Of a stretch of 41,661 bases of DNA, positions 25,501-35,344 are shown piece after piece. Position numbers and translations under genes: made by a program. Under the pieces are notes generated by a model, which saw only the letters and a list, made by a program, of their open reading frames with translations, had not been told where the DNA came from and ran no database searches. Source of the stretch: Nemertoderma westbladi (lineage: Eukaryota > Animalia > Xenacoelomorpha); NCBI GenBank assembly GCA_032718475.1, contig JAUCBJ010007429.1, positions 1-41,661 of the forward strand, written 5' to 3'. Positions within the stretch are counted from its first letter, which is position 1; every line of letters begins with the position of its first letter.

Positions 25501-27448
25501 AAACTTCGAACAAAGATTTATCATTGATTCGAAATTGACATCGAATTGGATGAAACAAACACAACAATTCAAGTGTTCCTTTTCTAAGCTTTCCACAAAA
25601 GGACACAAGATTATTAATCAAAGCCTTCAACACAGCCGCAAATATAGAGTCAGCATTAAGTAAATTATCGCTCTCAAGTGAAGGAGCAACAAACTTGAAA
25701 TAATGACATGACAATCGAATTACTTGCAAAGAAGACGGATTGTTACACAGCAAACTTGCAATTTGCTCACAAGTTATATGTTCCCTCAATACTGCTGGTG
25801 AAACAATTTCAGAGAGGGCTAAAACAACATCATGGAATAATGTCAGGTATTCAAAATTAGTTATCATGTCAACATTGATACAAAGCAGTAAGGTTTCAGC
25901 CAGTTTAATCAAAACAGGTGTAATGGTAGCATCCTTAGGAGCTATTGCACCAAAAGCAACAATAGCTGCCCATAAAACCCAAGTTGAGTCTTCTAATGGT
26001 TGGTGGTGTTCCAGGGACACCAAATAGAGTGGATAATCCTTTAGATAAGTTAACAGATAATTGGTAATGATGTTTAAGGAGGAATCGTCCAATTTAAATT
26101 GTATAAAACAATAATTTCTGCTGAGGATAACTAGAAGTTCTAAGGGGCCATCTAGCTGATTAGAAGATGTTGAAACTATAAGGCGGCAAATATAATCAAT
26201 AACAATTGGGATTAAAATGGGCTTTATTGTTAAACATTCTGTTATACTGATAGTAAATTGGTTGATAATATCCAAACAGCTGATTGTCTCAGAAAGTTTA
26301 AGTATTTTAGTAACCAAAGCTACAGAATTGGTTTCTGTAATTTCAGGTAACAACAACAATTGCGAACAACAATAACATATTCTTTCAATGTTTCGGCACA
26401 TTAGTTCTAAATCCTCTTGGTGAATATCATCTAGCAATGATGTCAAACGATTAATAATGATATCCCAATGTTTAGCAATATGCTTCCCTTCCTGATATTC
26501 AAACCATTTGCCTAAAACAGTTAGAGTTGAATAAAGGTTTCTTTTGAGATCTAATTCATTGAACAAAAATATTAATACCTCAGATGAGTTGCTTGGAGAA
26601 ATGTGTCCTGATAGTAAGTGAAACAAAGATAATATACATTTCATGATTGGACCTTCATTGTCGACTTCATTTCCGAAAACTTCCCACAATGCCGGAAGAC
26701 ACCGATTTGAAAAACTATGTAGTTGATGTCGAACACCTCGTATCATTTCGAATAAGAGATAGGCAATGGAATCAGTGAGATTTGGATGAGCCAACAAAGC
26801 AGAATGTAATAACTCCATTAGAACTACAGAATCAGTAACTTTTCTTGCTAAATAAGCAAAACTCTCAGCTACAAATCGCTGGACATGTGTTATATCTGAA
26901 CTTACTTCCAGTAAAGGTAAATACATACCAAAAGTTTCGTTTAAATTAGACCCAATCATTGCTCTCCATAGGTGTTTGAATAAATGAGATAAACATAGGA
27001 AACAGTGCTTAACTATTTCACTTTCTTTGGAAACAACCAGGGTAAAAAGAACTGGTAGTAACTTGCGTAGGTGGGGGTAGAAATCGCTTTGCAAATCTTT
27101 TGCCAATTCTGATGTTAAATTTAGCAGTGGTTCAAAGGATAGGTTAGTGCTGCCAGATAAACTGGAAGCCAATAGATCAACTACATACTCCTGTTGGTGA
27201 ACTAGCTGGTTGTATGTTCGGATGCGGGGCTTGACATTGCTAAGGAAACATGTAAACTCCTTGCATTTATTCTTCTCACTCCATGAGTCCAGGGAATCCA
27301 GAAAATAGGATTCGTTGGACTTAAGTTTATCAGCAGGCCGATTAAATTGACTCACATTATCCACTGAAATTGAAGATATTTCTTCATTAAATGATTGGAA
27401 ACGGAATGTATTACATTGCTTATGGCGTAATGGCTTCGTTTTCGTCAT
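19589..27448 (-). CDS. UTP20: Small-subunit processome component 20 (UTP20/DRIM), HEAT-repeat protein, 2619 aa, intronless
   Basis: N-terminus MTKTKP..HK..NT.RF..F; LAKDLQ.DFYP; QRFVAESFAYLARKV; EN..HIQ.HRR.RA; L.RGYQLHVLGYT; LLDYPLGKK; NL.YEHETGRLSALEM; basic C-terminus DP..AA.RK..K. Size is typical for UTP20. Confidence 0.96.
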   Translation of the reverse strand: MTKTKPLRHKQCNTFRFQSFNEEISSISVDNVSQFNRPADKLKSNESYFLDSLDSWSEKNKCKEFTCFLSNVKPRIRTYNQLVHQQEYVVDLLASSLSGSTNLSFEPLLNLTSELAKDLQSDFYPHLRKLLPVLFTLVVSKESEIVKHCFLCLSHLFKHLWRAMIGSNLNETFGMYLPLLEVSSDITHVQRFVAESFAYLARKVTDSVVLMELLHSALLAHPNLTDSIAYLLFEMIRGVRHQLHSFSNRCLPALWEVFGNEVDNEGPIMKCILSLFHLLSGHISPSNSSEVLIFLFNELDLKRNLYSTLTVLGKWFEYQEGKHIAKHWDIIINRLTSLLDDIHQEDLELMCRNIERICYCCSQLLLLPEITETNSVALVTKILKLSETISCLDIINQFTISITECLTIKPILIPIVIDYICRLIVSTSSNQLDGPLELLVILSRNYCFIQFKLDDSSLNIITNYLLTYLKDYPLYLVSLEHHQPLEDSTWVLWAAIVAFGAIAPKDATITPVLIKLAETLLLCINVDMITNFEYLTLFHDVVLALSEIVSPAVLREHITCEQIASLLCNNPSSLQVIRLSCHYFKFVAPSLESDNLLNADSIFAAVLKALINNLVSFCGKLRKGTLELLCLFHPIRCQFRINDKSLFEVCLEAESSGVSLQSYRSQLLWLHKLECCRLPSELMKDEELAMVPLIFLIGQLNVNFTLLRDPVQKLIVSFVEKSVIYTETMMKYLDYCHNHFENVKMYAKKTTDISTSGDIFTLTRAPVVKSRNNYAAARNLFKQHFENFHMTSNTDDLMSRFRISLWNVLSSNPLYIGIFRVQLLPYFVRLYTNEFKRSLTFVDLLMPTTCGTDIPVLIDDDANDANEETVNVSYKPIDTMCAVLKTLKLISKPRKFKDSKTIYNIFIELIGHKSCDIQQLALQCLFTFKPEHLVPYRGILENLTDQHKFHTELSQFTLDEETTIIKESHRSGFVVVISKILIGRLFNSRCRRLIIRFLAGLAHSELANFMHELIGTLELTTILSDTQGQFTLPDYNLHSAIPFHKVISLLNIIDELTESLGSILGEENVLTIYRVLITQVYFYNNYWNHRNIISNKFHAIIRKIRSLALLKLVNFFKKFSDIQLGTSELNAMVNAALLSQCSKLKVECMQSPSALLRMLYSISSNANMVNCFYVPVDNSIVIDHIMNVATSVNSQLPCIKMVLQILLNQFRLHENLESSDNPCISFIKSNITRILDFLSSHIACLFKNTKLDLEYVKDCLELVSSITKQSNNQHHADCISTIILEYLHRFPFGNNNSVIAMNLIETLKDQIAVLSDPFSCIEPISRLLLVENKPEVRKSISRLMSKIGERCNIFKQLSYIVIEINTYDEHHIEDINYDACLRGFKSYRNFLQCDLPNDPIPLLPILNTCFYYINTNTDISLLDNSISSINSTLEILKRISIPPAAWQLVFQRCILHSIEMGLRFKSDGIRCHYISLLRSVIRCFPEKENFQELQALLHEDIEADCLENLKHIQHHRRSRAFRKLIEVSQGQLISSCNIGKYFVPLVLAVLQDPALNRDEGLIHNCLACLTALLKANKSWSVYQKTFNICLSMLLKSTSYNTQFYARVLACVVEGFSFDVSGVTLVPEYQLDTGLTVNSLHFTDNAITELATDNINIDKDENTFHKQHNYNIVNNIVLTILPRLYSCLTRPLSSDERSKHASKDSTSDEQMVRLPLAVAMVKLLCELPAVLLDVWLRRIVNKIVCSLKSHVQYVRNTARDSLTQVLVRAGPSKLCMVLDELQSVLVRGYQLHVLGYTANTIIHALGKQVEPKHISPCLSALQQILANELFGDIGKEKDVLELSHRRAIECKSKKGLNSYSVLGKCIGPGDLDKLVSPLKQRIIASSNKDEMQTITSVFKCLTNGLLVNPYLEVEYLLVFIRNNLSDVNTVMQNNQTTVSDGGSAKLSLVRPSIYIIPEAPCRTVPSITVHKTSNSHVVVSFVLALFHGLFKNNKLNPNDNAVCHQILPFVEVIDGLLKTSSHVKVLSLSLKCLLRMLRFDLPTLQRLMDDVVKRLFLILSRYTSLAGVKGDNIELVHTVFKALSIVIREYKDYEMSTEHLTVLLGYIEVDLQDSERQSMGFELLKAIVSRKLRAPELEPLIKMVSTLAIKSEIVGVRAQSRSVHTIYLLDYPLGKKFKSHLEFYVSNLQYEHETGRLSALEMVFMLITNLNIKQREEYAGFFFLPLALVLANDESIKCRKMATRVIKYLLQKLTPVSVDQLYSLCQQWHSDSKPELNLIAVILFGVFADVESNLFLKRFPKFLHAAMYKLQLYVPNMDCESNDMLIYNHLLSAFKSFKACPSILADRHWVVKLSEFWRDFIETLLSHNHSWVRRVCAQLYGLLFSAYPPDRPDNLPAYLSDSSTLQRIAHKLAQLVNTEDLAVAFSEEIVKDLVYIAKIMIVLDVRVEHSNGSLEALPWLTDKLTRICHYEVSRFPLKHERRVTVFKWIAAMTVTMESQQLLSNAKQFLTPLFREVNDRASPVECRDMAKEILELIKNTLGVDEFSEILLVVKHKLATNRESRKRKLAVAAVTDPQQYAARKIRKHQQTKIRKKARREAFKKKLKGSRVVGRAKQLVGDG

Positions 27449-27618
27449 TGTTTATCTTCAATTAACTTTCATATTATAGTATTTATTATTCTATATATTC
27501 AATATAACAACCAATTTTCTAAAACATCTAAGTCTACATTAATAATAGGTAAAGCAATACAGTAGTGTAGTAACCATTCACCAGGAATCATCTAGATTTA
27601 TTTGAATTAACTAGTGAA

Positions 27619-28365
27619 TTAATCAGTGCCAAAATACTTCTGCCCAAAGTATGTGGGAACAGTGTCACAAATCTCTGAAGTCAGAATGTAGATATTTGGA
27701 TAGTGGGTAATTAGATTGTCAAGAGCCTGCGATGTAGTGAACAGTGAAAGAAGAATAATTCTCTCTGAGTCAATGCCGTCGTTCAATAGAACACGAATCG
27801 CTTCAAGAGCAGTAACGCCGGTTTGTAAAATAGGGTATAAAAGTAAAACTGTTCTAGAATTAATATCAGGGGGGAAATGAGCGTAGTAAACAGTAGGTTG
27901 TAGTGTTTCCTCGTTTGTGTGAATTAATATTTTGCCAATACGAAGCGATCTACAACAATCACGAATAGCCTTCTCCATAGCCTCCCCGCTTCGCATGACA
28001 CTAACAGCGCAGGTTCCTTTAAGGAAAGATAAGCCATCATATTGGTAGTTGTTTGGCGTTGTAACTGTACAAGATTTATAATGCAGTCTATTTAGACTCT
28101 CTTCAACCACCAAACGTATCAACCTGTCTGAAGCGAAAACAAAATCGCTTCTGTGCGTTGACTTATTTCGAATAATCGTTTGTAACTCTTTGATGCAGTT
28201 ATTCGGTGTTAAACACTGGACATTTGCATGCAACGTCCTTGCATTAGTATAACTTTTCCTTTCATAACAAACACTGTCAGACAAGCCTAATTGGTTAGAA
28301 ACAGGAGCATGTGAGTTGTCCTTAATAATATGCTGCTCGAAACTATTATCTGTTACGGTTTGCAT
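27619..28365 (-). CDS. UPRT: Uracil phosphoribosyltransferase homolog (animal type), ~248 aa from the first ATG
   Basis: ELQTIIR.K.T.RSDFVF.SDRLIRLVVEE.LN, VS.MRSGEAME..IRDCCRS.RIGKILI, LLLYPIL.TG.T, C-terminus FGQKYFGTD. The ORF track start at 28386 is TTG; the first ATG is at 28365. Confidence 0.93.
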   Translation of the reverse strand: MQTVTDNSFEQHIIKDNSHAPVSNQLGLSDSVCYERKSYTNARTLHANVQCLTPNNCIKELQTIIRNKSTHRSDFVFASDRLIRLVVEESLNRLHYKSCTVTTPNNYQYDGLSFLKGTCAVSVMRSGEAMEKAIRDCCRSLRIGKILIHTNEETLQPTVYYAHFPPDINSRTVLLLYPILQTGVTALEAIRVLLNDGIDSERIILLSLFTTSQALDNLITHYPNIYILTSEICDTVPTYFGQKYFGTD

Positions 28366-29082
28366 TATCTGATTATTGCTAGTCAATTGATAGTAGGCCT
28401 AATAAACAAACAGTCTATATATTAGCTTTAAGATAGATCATTTCTCATTTGTCAAGTGTCACAGCACACCAAATCACTAAAATTCATAACAAATCACAAA
28501 CCAAACCAAAACAAATAAAAAAAATACACAAAACTAAACCACACCAAATGCAAATGATAGGATAGGCGGGATAGGGCCTACCGGTACCAAACCAACAAAG
28601 TCTAATCATACCAAATCACAGAATATAATTGAAAAGTCAGAAAGTGGTGTGAATTGCTTTGTTATGATTTGGTGTCGTGTTTAGACTGTTCTGCTGTTAG
28701 ACGGACCGGACCACGGACTGACACAACTGACTGAGTCAGTGAGTGCAAGAGTTAAGTGAAGTTATTACCTAACATTTAGACATTAGACTAATTGATTAGG
28801 GCCTATTTCAGTATTTATACCGGAACATTGAGTGGTGAGTGGGACAATGTGAGGATGGTTGGAAATGCAAAAATGAAACAGCTAGGTACCGCCATGCCAT
28901 ACTGGAGTACCGGTACTGGTACGGTACGCTAATATAATCAGGTCTGGCAAAAACCTTAGGTTTTTCAAAACAAAAATTAGGTTTTAGTTTTTTTTTAAGT
29001 TTTTGGAAGGTTTTTGCAAGTTTTTGAATGTTATCGCTAGGTATTTGTGGTATTTCCTTCAGGCTGTATTTGTATATTGATT

Positions 29083-29108
29083 GATATATATATCAGTATA
29101 TATATAAT

Positions 29109-29139
<31 letters not shown>
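29083..29139. repeat. Interrupted (TA)n microsatellite
   Basis: Directly visible. Confidence 0.8.
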
Positions 29140-29174
29140 GTTATACCCTCACGCTCACTCAAGCCTACACCTAC

Positions 29175-30475
29175 GGGTGCTTGTCACCTCGCCGCACTGC
29201 CACTTCGCCGCACTGCCACTTCGCCGCAAGTCATCTCACCGCAGATAATGTGCGGCGAGGTGTCTTGCGGCGAGGTGTCTCACTATAAATGCCATTTCGC
29301 CACAAATTATCGGACACCTCGCCGCAAGTCAATATAAATCATTTATTTCTAAAGTTACACGAAAGCCTACTTACAACTTATGGCATTGGACATTATTATA
29401 AGAAGAAATAAAATAATACGGTAAGGTTTGTTGTTCTATTATAATTCTGTAATTACTGTATTATATTACATGTTATCATAGATACAGTAAGAGTATTTGA
29501 GTAACGTATTAGATTATAGTAAAATACGGTCATAAAGATTCATAGAGGACTATGAATGACATATAATGAGTATTCTGACATAGAGGTCAGATCAGAATAC
29601 GGTCATTGAAGTTGTTTCCATGTCATTGATTATGGTACTTTGCAGCGTTACGAGTAATTCACCAGAACACTGTTAAGTTGACATAATGTACTGTAACAAT
29701 AACTATTTACGTACATGTACAATGTACTAAGTACGGAAACGGAAGTAAGGCAACATAATGTAATAAGGCAGTAAGGTTAATACAGTAATACTGTATGTTT
29801 ATGTTAAATCTTAATTACAAATGTAATGTTCTTAGTGGATTGATATACTTATATTTGTTGTTAGTCACTTTTTTTGTTAAGAGCAAAATTATGGTCGAAT
29901 TACATTTCAAATTAATTTCCATGACATTAATAATAATCAATAATATCAGAATATTGCATTAAATATATATTTTTTTAATTTCTTACATTACCTATTTTAT
30001 TTATTTGTGTGGAATTACAGAATTAATATCGCACTACCAAATCGCCAGGACAAATTTAAGAAATTCCAACAAATAATTATTTATTACATGGGAAAAAAGT
30101 AGAACTTTTTTTCACTATTCTCGAGGCATTTTTAATACGTAACTCAAATACCGGCAGACCGGTACTCTTACTGTATCTATAATAATACAGTAATTATAAT
30201 AAACTGATAAAGCAACAAACCTTACCGTCTGAGCGTAGTATTTTATTTCTTCTTATAATACATAATGTCCAATGCCATACCTGCATACTGCCACAACTAG
30301 GCTTCCCTGTGTAAATAAATATAGAAATAAATGATTAATATTGACTTGCGGCGAGGTGTCCGATAATTTGCGGCGAAATGGCATTCACAGTGCTGCAGTG
30401 AGACACCTCGCCGCACATTATCTGCGGCGAGGTCACCTGCGGCGAAGTGGCAGTGCGGCGATGTGACCAGCACCC
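29175..30475. mobile_element. Non-autonomous long-TIR DNA element (MULE-like architecture), 1.3 kb
   Basis: Ends are GGGTGCTTGTCAC / GTGACCAGCACCC. Inverted similarity extends ~335 bp inward (to ~29510 and ~30134), with repeated TCGCCGCA motifs. AT-rich non-coding core. No TSD recognisable, so the superfamily is uncertain. Confidence 0.85.
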
Positions 30476-31589
30476 TCGCCCAAGCCCCAGATTAATATAA
30501 TATACAGACAGTCGGTGAGAAGTCAAAAATTGGACTTGAGTCAAAAATTGGACTTCGACTCCAGTTCAAGTCCAAAATTGGACTTCTGTGAGTCCAATAT
30601 TGGACTTCAAATCAGCCAATTGTTCCAGGGCCTTGGGTAATTGGATCGGGCGGGATTTTTTTTCTTTAATCGAAAATATATCAAAAAATAAGAGTTTTGA
30701 ACAGGGGGACCTGAAATTCACCAGGGGGAACTTTTTTTATATGGCTTTGAATTTTTACAAAAGTCCAATATTGGACTTTAAGTCCAATTTTGGACGTGAC
30801 ATTGAGAATCGAACTTAAGCTGTTAAGTTATGGAAAGTTACCTTTGCAGCTCTGTATGTATCTTCAGTGTAATGACTGTACTGTACTTAGAATATAATGG
30901 TACATTCTAGCATTCTAGGTACTTTGTACTTTACTTTTAGCATATTGTTTTTAGTTTACAATTTACATTCATGTTATGTCTAACCTTACAGCCATATGTA
31001 CCCAGGACTTTATAATGTCTTTATGACTAGATTAGATTATGCTCCAACAAATATTTAATTACAAATTATATTTGGTGGATACTGGTAGCAATGCCAGGTT
31101 AGCCAACTGCAGCTGCTGCTAAGGCTAACTACAGTATGAGCTACGATTTCGTCTAAGGCTATGGGAACCCTATCAGAAAGAAATACTACAAGTTGATGCT
31201 ACCACCATCTCTTCTAATTTTTCCATACAACAGGAAGGGTATTATAAAACGGCTGGATAACAGAATAATGAAATGGGATTAGTAACTGATTAACGTGTTG
31301 GGGTCTCCACATAATAAGTACAGAAGTAACAAGTAACACACGTCATAATCATAAACCAATTGAGGGAAAGGAACAGGTTACAGATGCAGGCTTTTCTAAC
31401 TAAACAATAAACGGCCACTTTTGACTTTACCAATTGAAGGAGCCCTATAACCTCACCACATACTACTACTACAATCGGCATGATTCATTGCAACTACATT
31501 ATATATATAGGCCCTATTATGTATTAAGAATGTTGTGCCGGCTTGTTGACAAAAGTGCGCCTCCACAACTCCCTTACACTCTTCTGCTC

Positions 31590-31840
31590 TTACAGCCTTA
31601 TCACCCATGACATTTGCTAGATCATCCGCATCTTCAAGGCCAGTGTCCTTTAAGACAGTAAGAAAGATGCGTCTCAAGAAAGTTATGGGCTGTCCACCAT
31701 GCTTATTCACTCCATGAGGTGCACTGGCTGGTCCTCACGGCTTAAAGCGATGTCCTCCAAAGCGGAGGCGGCTTTGTTCTAGTGTCAAGCTTGGGGAAAC
31801 CAATGACTGAATGAGACACCTCCAACTCCAATGTTATATA
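31590..31840 (-). pseudogene. Decayed 3' fragment of an RTE-like LINE ORF
   Basis: The minus strand reads ...LEQSRLRFGGHRFKP*...PHGVNKHGGQPITF...LKDTGLEDADDLANVMGDK. This resembles the RTE C-terminal pattern RRLRFAGH...PTHG.R.RGRP..T...L..DTGL....L...M.DR. It contains a stop codon. Confidence 0.5.
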
Positions 31841-32225
31841 GTGTTTGGTTGGAGATGCAGAGATGTGTGCATTGTACTTGAACTTGACACAGTGAACCTA
31901 ATCAAAACAATTAGTCAATAAACATTAACTCAATAACATAATAGGTTACAGTTTACAGTACGGTAGTCTTATTTTTGCCATACGAAAATACCACAGGTAT
32001 GGCAGTATGGGTATGAATGAACTATACAGCTATAACTACTACGCTACCCTGGTATACACCGCTAAGGCAGTAAGGCTACCGCAAAGCTATACCACTACCG
32101 CAAAAAGTAACTACTGACTGACTGATGTCTGACTGTACGTGTGCAATCCCTGTCTGCCTGTTTATAATACATATAATAATTAATTTGATCATTAAAATAA
32201 TGTTGCATTGTAATTATATGTAATA

Positions 32226-33622
32226 CAGTTAGGTACAATGGCCAAATCTGGCAACCTCAAAAGTTGCCACATATGGCAATGTTTATTGCCAAATCTGGCA
32301 ACTTTTGGTTTTTCTAATTTTCGCACGCCCAGAAGCAAAATCGCATTTTGGTAAATAGGTAAGTGAAAAGAGCGCGAAATTTAAATTGTCAAAAAAATCA
32401 TCGTCTGAATTTCTCTTAGCAATAGGCCGAAATGTGCCTAAAATAATTATTGCCATTTTTGGCAACCATTAGAATTAAAGAAAAATAATGGTTGCCATTT
32501 TTGGCAACAATTATCATTGTGCAGCCCTGTCAGTCAGTCAGTAACTCTGTCATTGTAAAGTACTTCAAAATTGCTTACTGCTTGCTTACACTTGTCGAGT
32601 TGTGATGATTTATAAACAAAACATTAGTTGATGAAATGTCAGAATGTATTTGACTGTTTGATATGTTGTTAATATGTTAATGGAAAGATGAATGAGTCTG
32701 TAACAGATACCGTACTGGTAGACTGGTATATGGTAGGCTATAGGCAGATAGGCATACACAAAACTAAAGAATCACATGCTTCAAAGGCTGAAGTGGAAAT
32801 AAACGTAATAATATTTGACAACGTCAGAGCGTGAACATCACCAAAAGGAAGCAAGAAGGCAAGGACGAGAAACGGCGTGACAGAAGAAAAATAGTGTCAA
32901 AATTTAGAAAGACTGAGAAAACCAAAACGCGTGTTAAGGTATTCAACCAAATTGTTTCTTGTAGGCCCTAATGAAAAACGGGATGAAATTATTTTCATTA
33001 TATGTCTGTACCGGTATGTTATGTTATGTACTGATGTAGGAATGGAAAGATAGATATACTGAACTGATATAAGAGTGAAGGATGATTTAGATTGCTGGGC
33101 AATTGTATCAGCATTACACAGTTATAATCTTTAACTACTAAACTATTATTGGTACAAACAACAATCAACCACCTCCCCAAGCAGCGCTAGAGATTACTAG
33201 CAAAAATAAACTATCACCAGTCAGTCTGTGTTTGTGTTATTGACTCTCATTCTCACCTCATTTATTAGGATATATTGCTGTATTGGTTAGAACTTAGAAT
33301 ATGCCACTACCGGACCGGTCCGGTATAAGTATAACCTGTAACCTGGCCCTATCCCTTTTTTCTAGGCCTAACATTAACATTTCAGGATCTAAGGAATGAC
33401 CATACTGCCATCAGGCCATAGAAGGACTTAATGACGCAGAACCATATCCCATATAGCCTAAGCCATACAGCCATATTCAATGAGTTAGTTAAGTTGCCAA
33501 ATATGGCAACAACGGCTTTATATAGTTGCCAAATCAGGCAATCAGAAATGTTGCCAGATTTTGCTTGGTTGCCAAATATGGCAATCACAATCATTGCCAG
33601 ATTTGGCCATTGTACCTAACTG
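32226..33622. mobile_element. Nested non-autonomous TIR element, CAGT..ACTG termini, 5-bp TSD TAATA (alternatively a TA TSD)
   Basis: Perfect 29-bp TIR CAGTTAGGTACAATGGCCAAATCTGGCAA. TAATA at 32221-32225 and 33623-33627. Subterminal TTGCCAAATMTGGCAA quasi-palindromes. Confidence 0.9.
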
Positions 33623-35344
33623 TAATATATATGTACTGATACGGGATGCAGTTTTGATTTAAATACCGATATACAGTATGGCAGCATGGGTACACTTGGA
33701 GTTGTACTAAAGTCCAATATTGGACTTTGGCGTCCAAAATTTGACTTGAAGTCTAAAATTGGACTTGAAGTCCAATTTTTGACTTCTCACCGACTGACAG
33801 AATCCTCGTAGGCCTATCCATAATAATGAATAGGCCTAGGTCTATAACAACAAACAACCTACAGTCAGACAGTAGACAGACAGGTAGATGCGTAGGCTGG
33901 TACATGGCTGCATGGTAGGCCTACTACATACATAGGTACTATTTCAATGTTCAAATATTTTTTTCTGTTTTTAGCTTATCTAGTCTGCTTCTGCTAGTTA
34001 TTGGTTTTTATCCTACTAATTTTCAAAGAAATATAATTATATAGCAGTACAGCAGTATAGGTTAACATGCCAGCATGTTGCTCTAGTTCGATAATTTACA
34101 AATTAAAATTAGGTGTTAATCCTGTAATCAGTTAATTCTAGGTAAAAATTATGTTTTAATTATGCCCAACGGCCAACAGTTTAATTTAACCGTGAACTTA
34201 CAACAATTGAAGCATCAAATGCTCTGACAGTCTTATCCTCATCCGGATTTTCTGAGCTTTCTAATATTTTTGTACAGGCAGGCGGACAAGAATTACTGAA
34301 TTACTACTGCATCGAAGATAAGATCGAATCGACTCTCACCCACGACCCACCTTCACCCTGACACCTGTACAGTACACTACACTGCTGCACTGCTACACAC
34401 TACAACCTACCACGAGTACCACCTACTGACTGACCTATGCCAGTCTGCCAGTACAGCAGTATGCTGCCTACCAGCCTATGCCGTCTGACAAAATCTACCC
34501 TCTGTGCATACAGCCATATCAGCATAGGCCTATATTCCTGTATTTCAGTATTTCGTACAGCCGTACAGCATACAGCCGTAGACAGCATTAGGCTGTTAGA
34601 GTGCAGAGTGTTAGGCCTAGGCCTATTGCTGTACTGGGTACTGCCTGCTAGGGTTCTACCGGAGCTCCGGCTCCGGCTCCGGCCGGACTTGGCATGTCCG
34701 GCTCCGGTCCGGCTCCGGTCAAATTAGGTGCAGGAGCTCCGGCAAATTAAGTATTTGTGCTGCACGATGCATAGCTACATGGATAGGCAAGGATGCAAGG
34801 CAAACATACAGCCAGACACCGGACGTCCGTCTGCGAACTGATCAACGTCTACTGGCAGACTGTACTGCTGAGTGCCGACTGTATTACGGTATGGCCGTAG
34901 GCTAAACACTGTAGGCCTATCTGCCTATTGCTGTTGCATTGTCCTGTTGTCTGAGTCTGACTGTCTTTCGCTGTACAGCTGTAGGCCTATGAGTCTGACA
35001 GTCTTCCACTTATCCAAGACTACAAGACCTGACTTTAATTGCTACCAGTCAGCCAGTACTGCAGTAACAGAATTAGTTCCATTCCAATCCAGTCTGCCAG
35101 TTAGCTAGTACATCGGCCAGGCTGTCCAGCTGTCAGGCAGTACCCGAATGACCGTATATATAATACAGATATAGATTATATTATATCAGTAGGCCTATAC
35201 AGGCTGACAGGTATAGGTCTGTCAGTCTGTAGATCTATGCTATTACTACCGTACTTACGGTGGCCCACAACTGTCACTGCAAAGAAAAACTCACCGCAAG
35301 ATAAAGTAACCAAAACTTAACCAATTTCATTATCTTGCCGTTAC

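Larger units (their letters stand above)
30509..33796. mobile_element. Non-autonomous TIR DNA transposon, CAGT..ACTG termini, 5-bp TSD ACAGA; hosts nested insertions
   Basis: Perfect 29-bp TIR CAGTCGGTGAGAAGTCAAAAATTGGACTT. ACAGA at 30504-30508 and 33797-33801. Multiple subterminal AAGTCCAAWWTTGGACTT palindromes at both ends. Confidence 0.9.

Noticed and set aside
15938-26027. Short antisense or alternative-frame ORFs inside TTC39C and UTP20
   Set aside because: Shadow ORFs of long coding regions with no independent evidence.
28460-28680. Small inverted repeat ACACCAAATCA / TGATTTGGTGT upstream of UPRT
   Set aside because: Short, in a low-complexity CA-rich context, and without a TSD; insufficient to call a MITE.
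28939-29030. hAT-like left end CAGGTCTGGCAAAAACC with GGTTTTT repeats
   Set aside because: No matching right end or TSD was found in the window; at most a fragment.
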